Positions 1-11,209 of a stretch of DNA of 27,854 nucleotides are shown here, piece after piece. Positions within the stretch are counted from its first letter, which is position 1. Each line of letters starts with the position of its first letter. A program made the translations under genes and the position numbers. Source of the stretch: Lama guanicoe (lineage: Eukaryota); assembly GCA_013239625.1 (NCBI GenBank), contig MU054220.1:5282587-5310440 (forward strand). The letters run 5' to 3'. The notes below the pieces were generated by a model that ran no database searches, was not told the DNA's origin, and saw only the letters and a list, made by a program, of their open reading frames with translations.

Positions 1-1380
1 AAGTTCTTGAATTCCTGGGTTAAATTCGGCTTAGACATGGTTTTTAAAAATGCACTGCTGATTTGCTTTGCTAATAGGGTTTATGATTATAAGTGAGATT
101 TTTTTTCTCATTCATATTTTTCTTTTCTTATACTGACTGTTTTGATTTTGATATTATTTTAAAAATTAAGCTCATAAAATGAGTTGAGGAATGTCCCCCT
201 TTATTCCAGACTCTCTGGAAAAATCTGTATAGATGAAAATGATCTATTCCTTGAATTTTGATAGAATTTACTTCTAAATGCTCATAAGTATCTCTCTGTG
301 TGTGTGTGTGTGTGTGCGTGTGTGTGTGTATGTGTAGGTATTGATTTAATTTCTTTAATGCAGTCATTATATATATGTTTTTAACTTCTTCCTGAGTCAG
401 TTTTAGACCTTTTCTCAACATTTTCAAATTTGCTGACATATTTTTCTTAGTAGTTTCTTTTTAAAAAAATTTTAGCCATGTCTTAATTGTAATAATATCC
501 CTTTTTTATTCTTGGTATATCTCACTTGTGCCTCTTTTTCTTAATCTTAACGTTTTTCTTTTATGTTTTTGTTTTATACTTAATTGGTATAATACTCATC
601 TTTGTTATTTCCTTTCTGAGTATTTAGTTTCTAGATTTTTCTAACATCTTAAGCTCATGAACTTTAGTTTTCTTTTTTTATAATACAAAGATTTAAAGCT
701 ATGAATTTATCTCTAAATATCACTATAATGGTATTCTTCAGGCTCTGATAAAAAGTATTTTCATTATCATTCAGTTCTAAGTATGTTCTAATTATTCATT
801 TTTTGACCATGAGTTGTTTTAAAGTATGTTGTTTATATTTAATAATTTTCTTTAATTATCTTTTTGAGTTATTTTAACATTAATTTTTCCCTTAGTGAAA
901 ATGAATTCAGAAGATGTAGTCTATACTAAGTCCATTTTTTGGTTTTTTAGACTTGCTTTGTGGCCTGATACATAGTCATCTTAAAAAAAAACTTTAATGA
1001 TCTTTAAAAATATTTATTTTGTAAATGAATACATTATTTTAGTTGTTTACTCTATCAATTATTGAGAGAAGTAGATTGAAATTTTCTCATATTGATGGTG
1101 GATTTGTAAATTTCTTATAATTCATACAGATTTTACTTTATGTATTAAGATTATACTATGAAGTGTATACAGATTCTTTTATTTTTCTAGTGAATTGAAC
1201 TTTTAATTACTACATTATATTTAATGTCTTTAACCTGCAAAATTTTTTTTGACTTATAGTATAATTTGCATAATATTGATATAACCATACCAGCTTTCTT
1301 TAGGCTAATATTTGATTAGGATACTTCATTCTTTCTTTGTACTTTTATTTTTAGATGAATCCCTTGTAATGTATATTCAT
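1..1380 (-). mobile_element. Decayed L1 (L1M-class), N-terminal/linker part of ORF2, antisense; runs off the left edge of the window
   Basis: T-rich antisense L1 signatures, e.g. 'tcattatcattcagttctaagtat...ttttgaccatgagttgttttaaagtatgttgttt' (~760-835), 'tatcaattattgagagaag' and 'aatattgatataaccataccagctttcttt'. Homologous in inverted orientation to part of the + strand L1 starting near 7200. Confidence 0.8.
297..335. repeat. (TG)n microsatellite, slightly interrupted
   Basis: tgtgtg... run read directly, with one cg and one ta interruption. Confidence 0.95.
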
Positions 1381-1387
1381 ATTAAAA

Positions 1388-1461
1388 TTTTTTTTAAAAT
1401 TGAACTGTAGTTGATTTACAATATTGTTAGTTTTAGGTGTACAGCAAAGTGATTCAGTTAT
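1388..1461 (-). mobile_element. Short, heavily 5'-truncated younger L1 3' terminus (artiodactyl-type)
   Basis: Poly-T followed by 'aattgaactgtagttgatttacaatattgttagttttaggtgtacagcaaagtgattcagttat', the characteristic antisense 3' end of cetartiodactyl L1s. Confidence 0.7.
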
Positions 1462-1492
1462 GCCTACGCAGAGTAGGCATTTTAAGAAAAAA

Positions 1493-1668
1493 GTTTTGTT
1501 GAAATATAAATGGGATACAATAAATTGCACATATTTAAATTTTATATATTTTGATATATATATATACACACTCCTGAAACCATTACTATAATCAATATAA
1601 TGAACATATTTGACACACCAAAATATTCCTGATAACACTTGTAAAGCCCTGTCTTCCATCCCTCTCTT
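1493..1668 (-). mobile_element. L1MC/MD-class 3' end fragment
   Basis: 'ttgaaatataa...atacaataaattgcacatatttaaa...cctgaaaccattactataatcaatataatgaacatat' resembles the antisense 3' UTR of old L1M elements. Confidence 0.65.
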
Positions 1669-1749
1669 TGAATAGGGAGATATTCCTGGATTGCATCTCT
1701 GAAATCTTGCTAGTGGCTGCCAGATACTGATCTGTGAGCCACTGCTGTC

Positions 1750-1911
1750 AGTACTGCATCAGAATTCTCTGAGATAACTCATTTAAAAAGCCCATAGTTC
1801 TAGGATACTTCCCTAGAATTTCAGATACATTTTGTCTGGGGTAAGTAAGGCTTGTGTTTCAAAAAGACTCTTTAAGGATATTCTTATAGGAAATTGAATT
1901 GAGAAACACTG
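1750..1911. mobile_element. MER5-like hAT-Charlie MITE
   Basis: 'ctgcatcagaattctctgag...tttaaaaa...gtctgggg...' ending in the Charlie-type terminus 'ttgagaaacactg'. Confidence 0.55.
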
Positions 1912-1964
1912 TAGTAAATGATAGGCATCACATTCAGGTTTGATGGAGTTTTGGATTTCAACAC

Positions 1965-2170
1965 AGTAATAATAACTAATTATGATAATATTTATTAGAC
2001 ACTTATTATATACCAGATGTTTTAAGTGTCTGTGTGGAGCATACATGGTACTTTTATGAAGATTATTTTCACCTTATGAGGTAAATACAATATCACCCTT
2101 ATATGGGGAAACCGAGGCCTTGCTCAAAATTATATAGCTGATGACTATATCCATACATAGAACCATATAA
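1965..2170 (-). mobile_element. MIR SINE fragment
   Basis: 'aatttattagacacttattatataccag...cttatgaggtaaatac...atggggaaaccgaggccttgctcaaaattatatagct' matches the antisense MIR core. Confidence 0.6.
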
Positions 2171-2189
2171 TGTCAATAGTGTGCTAGTT

Positions 2190-2335
2190 AAACTTGGAGG
2201 CAGGCACTAGATCCAATCCTTTCTCTTTTGGGGTGACCTTGAATATGACATTCAAATATACAGGAAATCCTTTTTTTTTTCATTTGTAAAATGAGATGGT
2301 CAGATTAAGTAATTTTCTAGCTCTTTTTAGCTCAG
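2190..2335 (+). mobile_element. MIR (MIRc/MIR3-like) fragment
   Basis: 'gtgaccttga...ttttcatttgtaaaatgagatgg...agattaag...ctctttttagctc'. Confidence 0.5.
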
Positions 2336-3280
2336 AGTATGCTTTTTGTGTGAAAATGCAATTATCTTTAAAGAAGCATAACAATGAGCTAATCTCTAAC
2401 ATATGAAACATTTATACTCAATTTAGAGCAGTCTTCATGGAAATATAAAAACTTGAGTACAATTTGGCACCTTTCACACTATCTTTTTTCACACTAATCT
2501 TTAATATATACGTTTTCTGCTTTAAATATTGAACTGTGATTCTTAATTTTGCTACAGTGTAGGTATTGAGCCATTGGACTTATCTACATCTCAGCTGTCC
2601 CTGGAATAAAAGTACTTTCTGGCTTTTCTTTTGCCATTTCTAACTGTCCTAGTGAAGAGACCTTCCCAGAATTATTGTTTTTAAAAATTTGAATCTGAAG
2701 AGAGGTCTTAACTGGTTTTGTCCTTTACTGAAATCACTCTACTCTGGGGGTTAGAAATAGAATGGAATGATTATGTACTTAGGCACTTCCTAGCATGGCT
2801 ATTATTTTTTTAAATCAGTAGAATCTTTTTTTTATACCTGACCTATTGTTTCTGCCAAGCTTCCTACCCATGGAAGGTAGGATTTGACAAAATAGGGTAC
2901 TTACTAATACTTTTTTATTAAGCTCTGTGGGCTCTATTGAAATCTAGTGCCAAGGTTTTAAAAGTGACTGTCCCTTTTCCTGGGATTTAGATTTTAATGC
3001 ATTTATTCAGGAAAACATATGGTAGTTTATACGCTTTGCTCATGTAATTTCATGTTTTGTAATATGAATTCTGTAATAATAAATACAGAGTGTATTATAC
3101 AGTAGTGTAGGTGATCATACTGAAATCATATTTTAAATAAATTTAAAATAATGTATAATTTATTGTTAATATTGACTGCTAATGATCCTTATTTTCTGAT
3201 AAACTCATGGCACAAGTTGTTCTGGAATATTTCCACTATGAAGCAAATGATTATTGCTGCTTTCTTTTCTCTGTTCCTAG

Positions 3281-3411
3281 AGACATGCTCTATGTTTCCA
3301 GGTTCTGTGAAATGAAATGTTGCAAGACATATCTATTTGCAAGAGAACATTCTGAGCATTCCTTTCCATTCAGTGCTCATGAAAAGAAAGTACAAAGAGC
3401 AGAGAGTCAAG
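3281..3411 (+). other. Candidate internal exon (131 nt) of an unidentified transcript
   Basis: Polypyrimidine acceptor 'tttcttttctctgttcctag' (AG 3279-3280), donor AAG|gtaata (GT 3412-3413), purine-rich 3' half, and one open frame DMLYVSRFCEMKCCKTYLFAREHSEHSFPFSAHEKKVQRAESQ. I do not recognise the peptide. Confidence 0.3.
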
Positions 3412-3767
3412 GTAATATTTAAAATTTTATTATGGCCTTTAACTAATTTTCTTGAAAAATGAACAAACAAAAAACCCTCAGTGTACGTAAGTTAAATCTT
3501 ATGCAGTCAAATAAAGTCTGATTACTTTGACAATAGAAGCCTTAGCAATCATTCCTTTAAAATAAAATTCCGTTCTACATAGTTATGGGCTTTGGAGCTA
3601 TATTTGAAATTTCATTAATTTAAAGGGTCACTGGGACTACCAGTGTTTACATAGATATATCACCAGAGAAGTTTTGTGAAAATAAATTTCTTCGCCAACC
3701 CACAAAGATGAGCCTTTCCATCTGTTCCATTTGAGAACATTATCTAATGTAACATTATTTCTGGATC

Positions 3768-3830
3768 TATTTATTCATTCACTTATTTATTTATTTATTG
3801 AGTATTTACTTTGCACAAAGCATTGCTCAG
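3768..3830 (-). mobile_element. L2 3' terminus
   Basis: 'tattcattcacttatttatttatttattgagtatttactttgcacaaagcattgct'. Confidence 0.5.
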
Positions 3831-3869
3831 TTCCCAAGAAAACTTGTTGTGTGAAAAAAGCAGCAGTCC

Positions 3870-4110
3870 AATATAATGCTATTTATGTATCCATTTAAAA
3901 GAAAACCAATAAAATAATGCTGCATATTTTCTATGACTACATTGAAAAAGAATCTGGAAAAACACACAGTAAATTGGTAGCTGTGGTTACATCTGAGAAA
4001 GAAATTAAGTTAGGCAGAGAGGTTAAAGAAAATGTATGCCTAATATTTTAATTATTTATATGGAGAATTCATGTATTATTCATGTATTATGTGTGTAATT
4101 AAAATGAATA
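3870..4110 (+). mobile_element. L1ME-class 3' end fragment
   Basis: 'aaaaagaatctggaaaaacacacagtaaattggtagctgtggttacatctgag...catgtattatgtgtgtaattaaaa'; includes an 11-bp tandem duplication attcatgtatt at 4067-4088. Confidence 0.55.
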
Positions 4111-4519
4111 TTTCTACCCACAAAATGGCTTCTATACAGACATAATTGTGTTATAAGAAGTTTGAATTAAGTAAATGAGGAAATAGAATTTTATAGAAAT
4201 TATTTTGAACAACTTTTGGGTTAAGTGAGGCACATGGTTTTTTTCATGACTAGTTGCCTGTCTCTTCTGAAGAAAGTTGGAAAGTTGGGTAAGCTTCCAT
4301 TAACAACTCGTGAGCCATAGCCAGTTGGGCAGACTTCATTTTTCTGAGGCCTATGTCAGGCTATAGGTAGTAGCCTGAGGGGGAAGTTCCCAAGCAGGAA
4401 TTTGGATATAACTTATTCATTCTTATGGCTGGAATTAATAAAAGACAACTGAGTTCTTTTGTAAATGGATCTATGCATGAATTTGGGGCTTTCTTCTGTT
4501 GAGTTTCCTCCCTGGGGAA

Positions 4520-5000
4520 ACTTTAACCACCTTCAGTCTTACTCATTCCCACTGTGATCAAAGCTTCAGTCATAATTAGCTTCTCCCAGATACTTTTATT
4601 TAAGTCCTTTGGCTTTTCAAATAATGCTATTTTCTTTACAGTGTTTCCTCTTAGCTACTTAACCTTCCTTATCCTTCAAGTCTTAGCTTCAGTTCCACAT
4701 CCACCAAAAAGTCATCTGCATTCCACCTTCCAAACTAGATTTGGTGTTTCTTTATATACCCATAGCCCTCTCCTTCCCACACTGTTGCACCGCCCTTACT
4801 CATCCAAGGCAATTCACCCTGGACATCAAAATCATAGTGAAGCTTTAAAAATATAAATGTCTGGGTTCTACCTCAGACTTACTGCTTTTGAATCTTCAGG
4901 TTTATATCTAGACATTTATTTTTGTATGTAATGCTCACTGTATTACTGCAACTAATATTTCTTGATTTGACAAGTGCAAGAAAGGATGCTCTGGTTATCT
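4520..5000 (+). mobile_element. L2 fragment interrupted by a MER5-like element
   Basis: 'ccttatccttcaagtcttagcttcagttccacatccaccaaaaagtc...ccaaactagatttggtg...cccatagccc' resembles the L2 3' region and appears to resume near 4935. Confidence 0.5.
4805..4935. mobile_element. MER5-like hAT-Charlie fragment
   Basis: 'acatcaaaatcatagtgaagctttaaaaatataaatgtctgggttctacctcagacttactg...gaatctt'. Confidence 0.45.
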
Positions 5001-5524
5001 GCAGCTGTTTGTTTTACTGATACTGAAGACCTTTTTTTCACCCTATTCAGTAGTTCTGGCCTTATTAGAGTCGCCATGATAATGTCATGAAGACAGAGAT
5101 CAATTTGGTTTGCTTAATTTAAAAAACATTTTTTGACATCATAAATGATGTTTTCTGGGTCCTGGAAGTAGACAATGGGGAATCTGAACTCAGGCTAAAA
5201 AAGTAAATATTCACCATAGCTTATGAAAAGCAGTCTCTCATTGTAACATCTGTCACTAATTCAGCTCCTTCCCATCACTATACCAGCTCATATCTATTAA
5301 TGGCAGTAGGATGATGTGATACCTGGACAAGGAAAGGTATAAAATATTCAGTTTTGTCCTCTGGAGTTTCATTCTTGATCTTGGGCTCTAAGTGTGCAGC
5401 ATCTGCCAATCAACATTTGACTAGGTGTTCTTGGACCCAGACACTCATGAAACCTTGATGCCCAGGATACTGCTCAAAATCTTATGTATTTTTCCAACCC
5501 TCAACATCCATAAATCAAAGAGAA

Positions 5525-5770
5525 GCAGAAGAGTATGGTGTTGAAGAGTCTGGGTTCTTGAGCCTGGATCTGGGTGTGGAGGCAAGCTCTGCCATTTCAG
5601 CAAGCTGTGTGTTCTCTCTGCTTCAGTGTTCCCATCTTCAAGATGTGGAAAACATAGTATGATTTGTGCTTCAGAAAGTATTCATAGGATTAAATGAGAT
5701 AGGCTACATGAAGAACTTTAGATGATTATCTAGTACATTGTAAACACTTAAAAGATGTTGACTATTTTAC
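5525..5770 (+). mobile_element. MIR SINE, near full length
   Basis: 'gtatggtgttgaagagtctggg...ctctgccattt...agctgtgtg...ctctctgcttcagtgttcccatct...aggattaaatgagata...gtaaacacttaaaagatgttgactatt'. Confidence 0.75.
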
Positions 5771-5949
5771 TCTTAAAGACTGGGCATTCACCCTGGTTAC
5801 ACAGATGTTACAAAAAAGTATGGGGAAGATAAAGAATAAACTAGCCATGGATAGTATAAAATCATTGACAATAAAATAGAGTATAAAGTGTCAATTACAT
5901 AGATTGAAGATTTTTAAAATGTAGTTTGCTAAAGAGGTTATCAACAAAA

Positions 5950-6066
5950 ACAGATTTACCATTTTCACTGGCCCCTTAATAGGTCATGGGAAGGTCTTCG
6001 TATTCTTTTTCTTGAAGAGTCTACCTTAAGTTGTATGAACTTCAGGATTTGTAAAATCTGGATCTT
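5950..6066. mobile_element. Possible hAT-Tip100 (MER115/Zaphod-like) remnant
   Basis: 'cagatttacc...ggcccct' and 'ttgtatgaacttcaggatttgtaaaatctggatc' weakly resemble remembered terminal sequences. Confidence 0.3.
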
Positions 6067-6779
6067 CTAAATCAAAATGAAAAGCACTGTTCAGGAAGAA
6101 AAAAAGTAAGAATCTGGGCCAAACTGGTGAGGTAGCTATATAAAATATCCATTGACTGCTGACTTTTGCCTTGTAAGCTGGGCCTCAGAATGACTTTACC
6201 ACAATTCCATTTTGATATGCCTTTTTTGGAAGCCCTTCTGACAAATTCCTAAAGGAATCAGTTTACCCCATGTATGGACATATTAACTCTATTTTTTCCC
6301 CTTAATTGCCTTGATCTTAAAATATGAGGAAGAATTAATTAACTATCCTGATGGGGGAAGAAAAGTTAATAGCAATTTTAATGAGTGTAACCTTAACAGG
6401 ATTTGTAATAACCCTGAAAAGATGGTGAAGTCACTTTTTTCTGCACTTGACTCTCACCTCTGTGAATGGCTATTAGTGCTGATTACAAGTGATTAATTAC
6501 CTACTGGAAGGCTTGTCTCCAGCTCATCTTCTTATCTCCAAACCAATTGCAGTTGGAAGAATATAGTGGGAAATCTAAATGTAAAAAAAAGATAAAATGG
6601 CCTTTTCTACAATATAAAGTGCTTATGAGACAGAATTTGGTGAAGAACATCTGGCTGGAGCTTTTATACCAGCACAGGGAAAGGCAAATGAGTTGTATTA
6701 GGCTGCCCTTGGAAATTTCATCTAAAATGACAGGGAATGTGGTAGCAATGCCATAAGTGAGACATTTGTATTACTACAA

Positions 6780-9700
6780 GGCAGTGGGTTTTTGCCTGGA
6801 ACCACTCTCCAGACTGCAGTGCAGGAAGGAGGAGCATAGCTAGAGCCTACTGTTATCACTGAGCTGGGTGTTCAGATTTCAGAGTTTGAGACTAATGAGG
6901 AAATTGGAATTTGTGGGATAGAAGGGGAACTGTGGAGAAGAAAGCCAATATGAGGAAGAAAGTTCATAAATCTGCACAGGTGTACACGACTTTTTGGCCA
7001 AATACTAATCTGTGCACATACAGAGTGAGATCCTGTATGTCCCAGCAAAGAGCGACTACTGGAGAAAAAACAACTACCAGAGAGTTATGAGCTGACTTAA
7101 GGTTGTATAGCACTGAGAGGCATTCAGCTTCCATCCAGTCAGAGCAGAAAGACCTTGTTGAACGCCCTCAGCATTCAGTACAGAACCTCCAAAAAGTTTG
7201 AAAATTTGAGTCTTCAAGTATTTGTAAATAAAAAACACACTTCTAAATAACTCATAGGTCAAAGAAGGAATCACAAGGAAGATTGGAAAATGTTTTTAAC
7301 TGGATGAAACTTAAGATACAACATAGCAAAATTTTGGGTTTCAGCTAATGAAGTTACTTATGTGTGGGGGGGTCCTTATAGCCCTAAATGTTTGTAGTAG
7401 AACCAAGAATCAATGATACAATTTCTCCTTAAACAATTAAGGATCCAATTAAGCAAAAAATATAATAGGGTTAAATATCAATGAGATAGAAAACAATCAG
7501 TGGAGAAAATCAATGAAACCAAAAGTTGGTTCTTTGAAAAGACTAATAAAATTGATAAATCTGTAGCTAGAGAGACAAAGAAAATTAGAACAAGCTCACA
7601 CATTACCCATATCATGAATCACCAAAGATTATACAAATATTTAAGAATAGAAGAATATTATCAACGACTTTATGCCAATACATTCAATAATCAAGATGAA
7701 GTAGACAAATTTCTTGAAAACTGCAAATCACTAAAATCGACACAAAAAGAAAAAGAAAATCAGAGCAGCCCTATTTAGTAAAGTTATTGAATTTATAATT
7801 CAACATCTTCCTCAAAAAAATTTCAAGCCTAGATATTTCTATGAATATTTAAGGAAGAAATAATACTAATTTTACACAAACTTATTTTATGAGGGTAGTA
7901 TAATACTGATAATCAGGCAAGTATATTATAAGAAAATAAAATGATAAGCCAATGTCCTTCATAAATATAGATGCAAAACTCTTAGCAATATATTAGTAAA
8001 TCAAATCCAGCAACACATATAAAGGACAGTACATAATGCTTGAATGGTGTTTACCCCAGTAATTTAAGATTGGCTTAACATTTGAAATGTTGATTTACTA
8101 CATTAACACATAATAGAGAGAAGTCATATGATCATTGGAAAAGATGCAGAAAAAGCATTTGAGAAAATTAAACATGCATTCATGATAAAAAAGACTTCTA
8201 GTAAATTAGGGATTAAAAGGAAACTTCTCAACCTCATAAAAGTCATTTACCAAAATTCCCTGCAGATAATATCACGTAGATTTGAAAAATCTTATATCCC
8301 CTTATTATCAGGAACAAATAAGTGTGTCTTCTCTCTCATAAATTTTATAGGTGAATTTAGCAAGTTATTGAGATTTAAAATCTATATATAATAAATATAT
8401 TTCTGTATGGTATCATGAACAATTAGAAAATAAAATAAAAATACCATCTAATATTGCCTCAAAAGCATAAAAATTATTTAAGGATAAATTTAATAAAACA
8501 TGTTTAAGACCTCTACATTGAATATTGCTGAAAGAAATTAAGGAGCTAAATAAATGGAGAGACACCATATTCATGGACTGAAAGCCTCAATATTGTTATG
8601 ATGTAAATTCTCCCCAAATTGATACAAATTCCAACAGGCTTTTTTTTGGGTCAGCATTGACAAGGTAACTTTTGAAAAATAAGATGTATGCTTTGTAATT
8701 TCAGGAATTACTATAAAGTTAGAATAATTGAAAGTGTGTGTTACTGAAAGATAGACAAATATCAGTGAACCAGACTCAGAAGCAAAAATTGACCTATGCT
8801 TATATGATCAATTGTTTTTCAATCATGTTGTCAAAGCAATTGAACTAAGAAAGATCTCTACAAGAGATGATACCCGAATAACTGTCTAAGAGAAAAGGTG
8901 TTCTTTAACTCATATCTTCTGCTATACACAACATTATTCTAGACGGATTATCAACTTAAGTGTAAAACCTAAAATTATAAAGCTTCTAGAAGAAAATATA
9001 GGAGAATATTTTATGGCCTTGGGTTGGCAAAGTTTTCTTAAATAGGAAGCACCATAAAAGGAAAAACAAAATGACAAAATGATTTCAGCAAAATTAAAAT
9101 CTTCTGCTTATCAAAATGAATAGGGAGTCCATAGACTGGACAATATATTTACAACACATTTCCTGACAAAATATTTATAATCATAATATATAAACAAATT
9201 GTCCAAAACAGTAATAAAAAGACAAATAACCAAATTAAAATATGGACAAAAGAAGAGCAGGTAATACATACAGAATGATTTACAAATGACTACTAAGTAT
9301 GTGAAAAAGTAGGTGTTCAACATCACCTGGAAAATTCAGCTTAAGAGAATAATGAGATACTACTTTTCAGTACTCATTTGAATGGCAAAATTTAAGACTG
9401 ACCATAGTTAATGTTTTTGAGAATGTGGAGCAACTGAAGCTGTCATGCATTGCTAATGGGACTATAAAATGGTGCAATCACTTTGTGAATAAATCTGATA
9501 ATGTCTCATGAAGTTAAACACCTACCCTATGGCCCATCAATTCCACTTTTAGAAATTTACCCAAGAGAAATGAAAGATATTTGTACACACACACACACAC
9601 ACACACAAACACATACACACACACACAGAGACTTGTTCAACAATGTCAATAGTAGCCCTAAACTGGTAAAAACCAAAATATCAATCAACAGATAAAAGGG

Positions 9701-9881
9701 TAAGCAAATTATGGTGTATCTATATATTGGAGTACTTCTCATTGGAAAAAAGGATAAAGCTATTGATAGCAGGCAACAACATGGATAAACCTCAGAAATA
9801 CACCGAGTGAAACAAGTGAGACATAAGATGACATATGTGTGATTAAATTTACATGAAGTTATAGAACAGGCAAAACTAATC
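6780..9881 (+). mobile_element. Old L1 (L1MC/MD-class): 5'UTR piece fused to a decayed, internally deleted ORF2 plus 3'UTR
   Basis: ORF2 remnants in the ORF track: EKINETKSWFFEKTNKIDK (7500-7778; cf. L1 ORF2 QKINESRSWFFERINKID) and MIIGKDAEKAFEKIKHAFMIK (8128-8391; cf. MIISIDAEKAFDKIQ). Many stops and frameshifts. L1M-type 3' region includes 'aattccacttttagaaatttacccaagagaaatgaaa' and 'agaacaggcaaaactaatc'. Confidence 0.9.
9585..9627. repeat. (CA)n microsatellite, interrupted, inside L1
   Basis: acacac... run read directly. Confidence 0.95.
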
Positions 9882-10059
9882 AAACGTTTTCCAAGCACAT
9901 CCTGTGTGCCAGGTGTTCCCTCCTCCCACGTCTCTCGTTCCCTCCCGATCACACATGTAAAGATTTAAGGGGAATCTTGCTAGTTTATGGTCTACTCTCA
10001 TTATCAGCCTTTGCCAGGTTCTTTTCTCTTTAGATAGTTTTTTTTTGCCATTATTACTC

Positions 10060-11205
10060 ATAGTCATTCAAGTATTCTTCTCTAGTAGGCCCTTACTCTG
10101 TTGTCTTTTTACATATAAGATTATTAAGATAAATGACATATTTTCTTTTTTCTGCATATTTTTTCAAATTTACATAAAAGTTGTGCCATAATTTTTTAAA
10201 AAAAAATGAATACTGCATTTCACACTGTTGCATAAACTTCCTTACTATACTTCTACCATTTTTTAATTTATTCATTTCCCTGGTAGTGGAGACATCCAGA
10301 TTTCATTCAACTCTGTTACTATAAACACTGTTCTAATGCATATCCTCGTATGTGCCCCACATTAACCTAAGCTAGAACTTTTCTGGGCTATATACCCAGG
10401 AGTACGTAATAGGACTTATGCATAATTATTTTCACCAGGCGTTGCCATTGCTCTCCAGAGTTTCTGTAGTGATTTACATGTCCCCCAGTGATGTATGATT
10501 GTCCTATTCCCTGTTAGCCACACTAAAGCAGGTATTACCAACCTTTCCAAATTTTTATATTGCAGTGGTTATAAAGTAGAAAAGAACTGTTTCATGTTGC
10601 ATTTCTTCATGACTAAGAGTGAGTTTGAGCATCTTGGTATGTGTGTTAGTTGTTTGAATTTCCCCTTATATGAATTAACTATTAATGTATTTTTTAAAAA
10701 TCTGGTTTTTGTCTTTTTTTCTTGTTGGTTTGTAGTAGTTTCCTGTTTATTCCAGTTATTAATTTTTGTCAGTTTTTTGTCATTATTAGTAAAATGAATA
10801 TCCAGCATCTTGATTTTTCACTTTGGAAAATCCTATGCATATCTTTATTTATGGTCAAGTCTATCAATTTTGGTGGGTCTTGATTAAGAGGCCTCCCTTA
10901 ATCCTTAAGTCACAAATATATTTTAAATTTTTTCCTTTAGCTTTGTAGTTTTTCTTTAATATTTAGAACATAGCTACATTTGGGAGTCCACCTTCTTATA
11001 CAGGAGAAGATAAGGAGTGACTTAATTTTTTCTTTTTAAAAAATTTTACATAATAATACTACATTTTAAATTCTGTCAGATGAAATATTCACCATCTCTT
11101 CATAGATGCACTTTTGTCACATATGAAGTCTTCATACACATGTGTTGTCCCAATGCTAGATTTGTTGGTTCCTATACAAATACCACATTTTAAAAATCTT
11201 TGATA
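10060..11205 (-). mobile_element. L1ME-class 3' end / ORF2 C-terminal region, antisense
   Basis: 'ggctatatacccaggagt...gccattgctctccagagtttctgtagtgatttacatgtcccccagtgatgtatga...ttgcatttcttcatgactaagagtgagtttgagcatctt'. Confidence 0.75.
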
Positions 11206-11209
11206 GAAA

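Noticed and set aside
7500..8391. ORF2-like ORFs as a functional or domesticated reverse transcriptase
   Set aside because: Fragmented by stops and frameshifts, and the catalytic FADD region is deleted
128..9952. ORFs with HTHTHT / CVCVCV runs (128-439, 9501-9695, 9557-9952)
   Set aside because: Translations of (CA)n/(TG)n microsatellites inside L1 remnants
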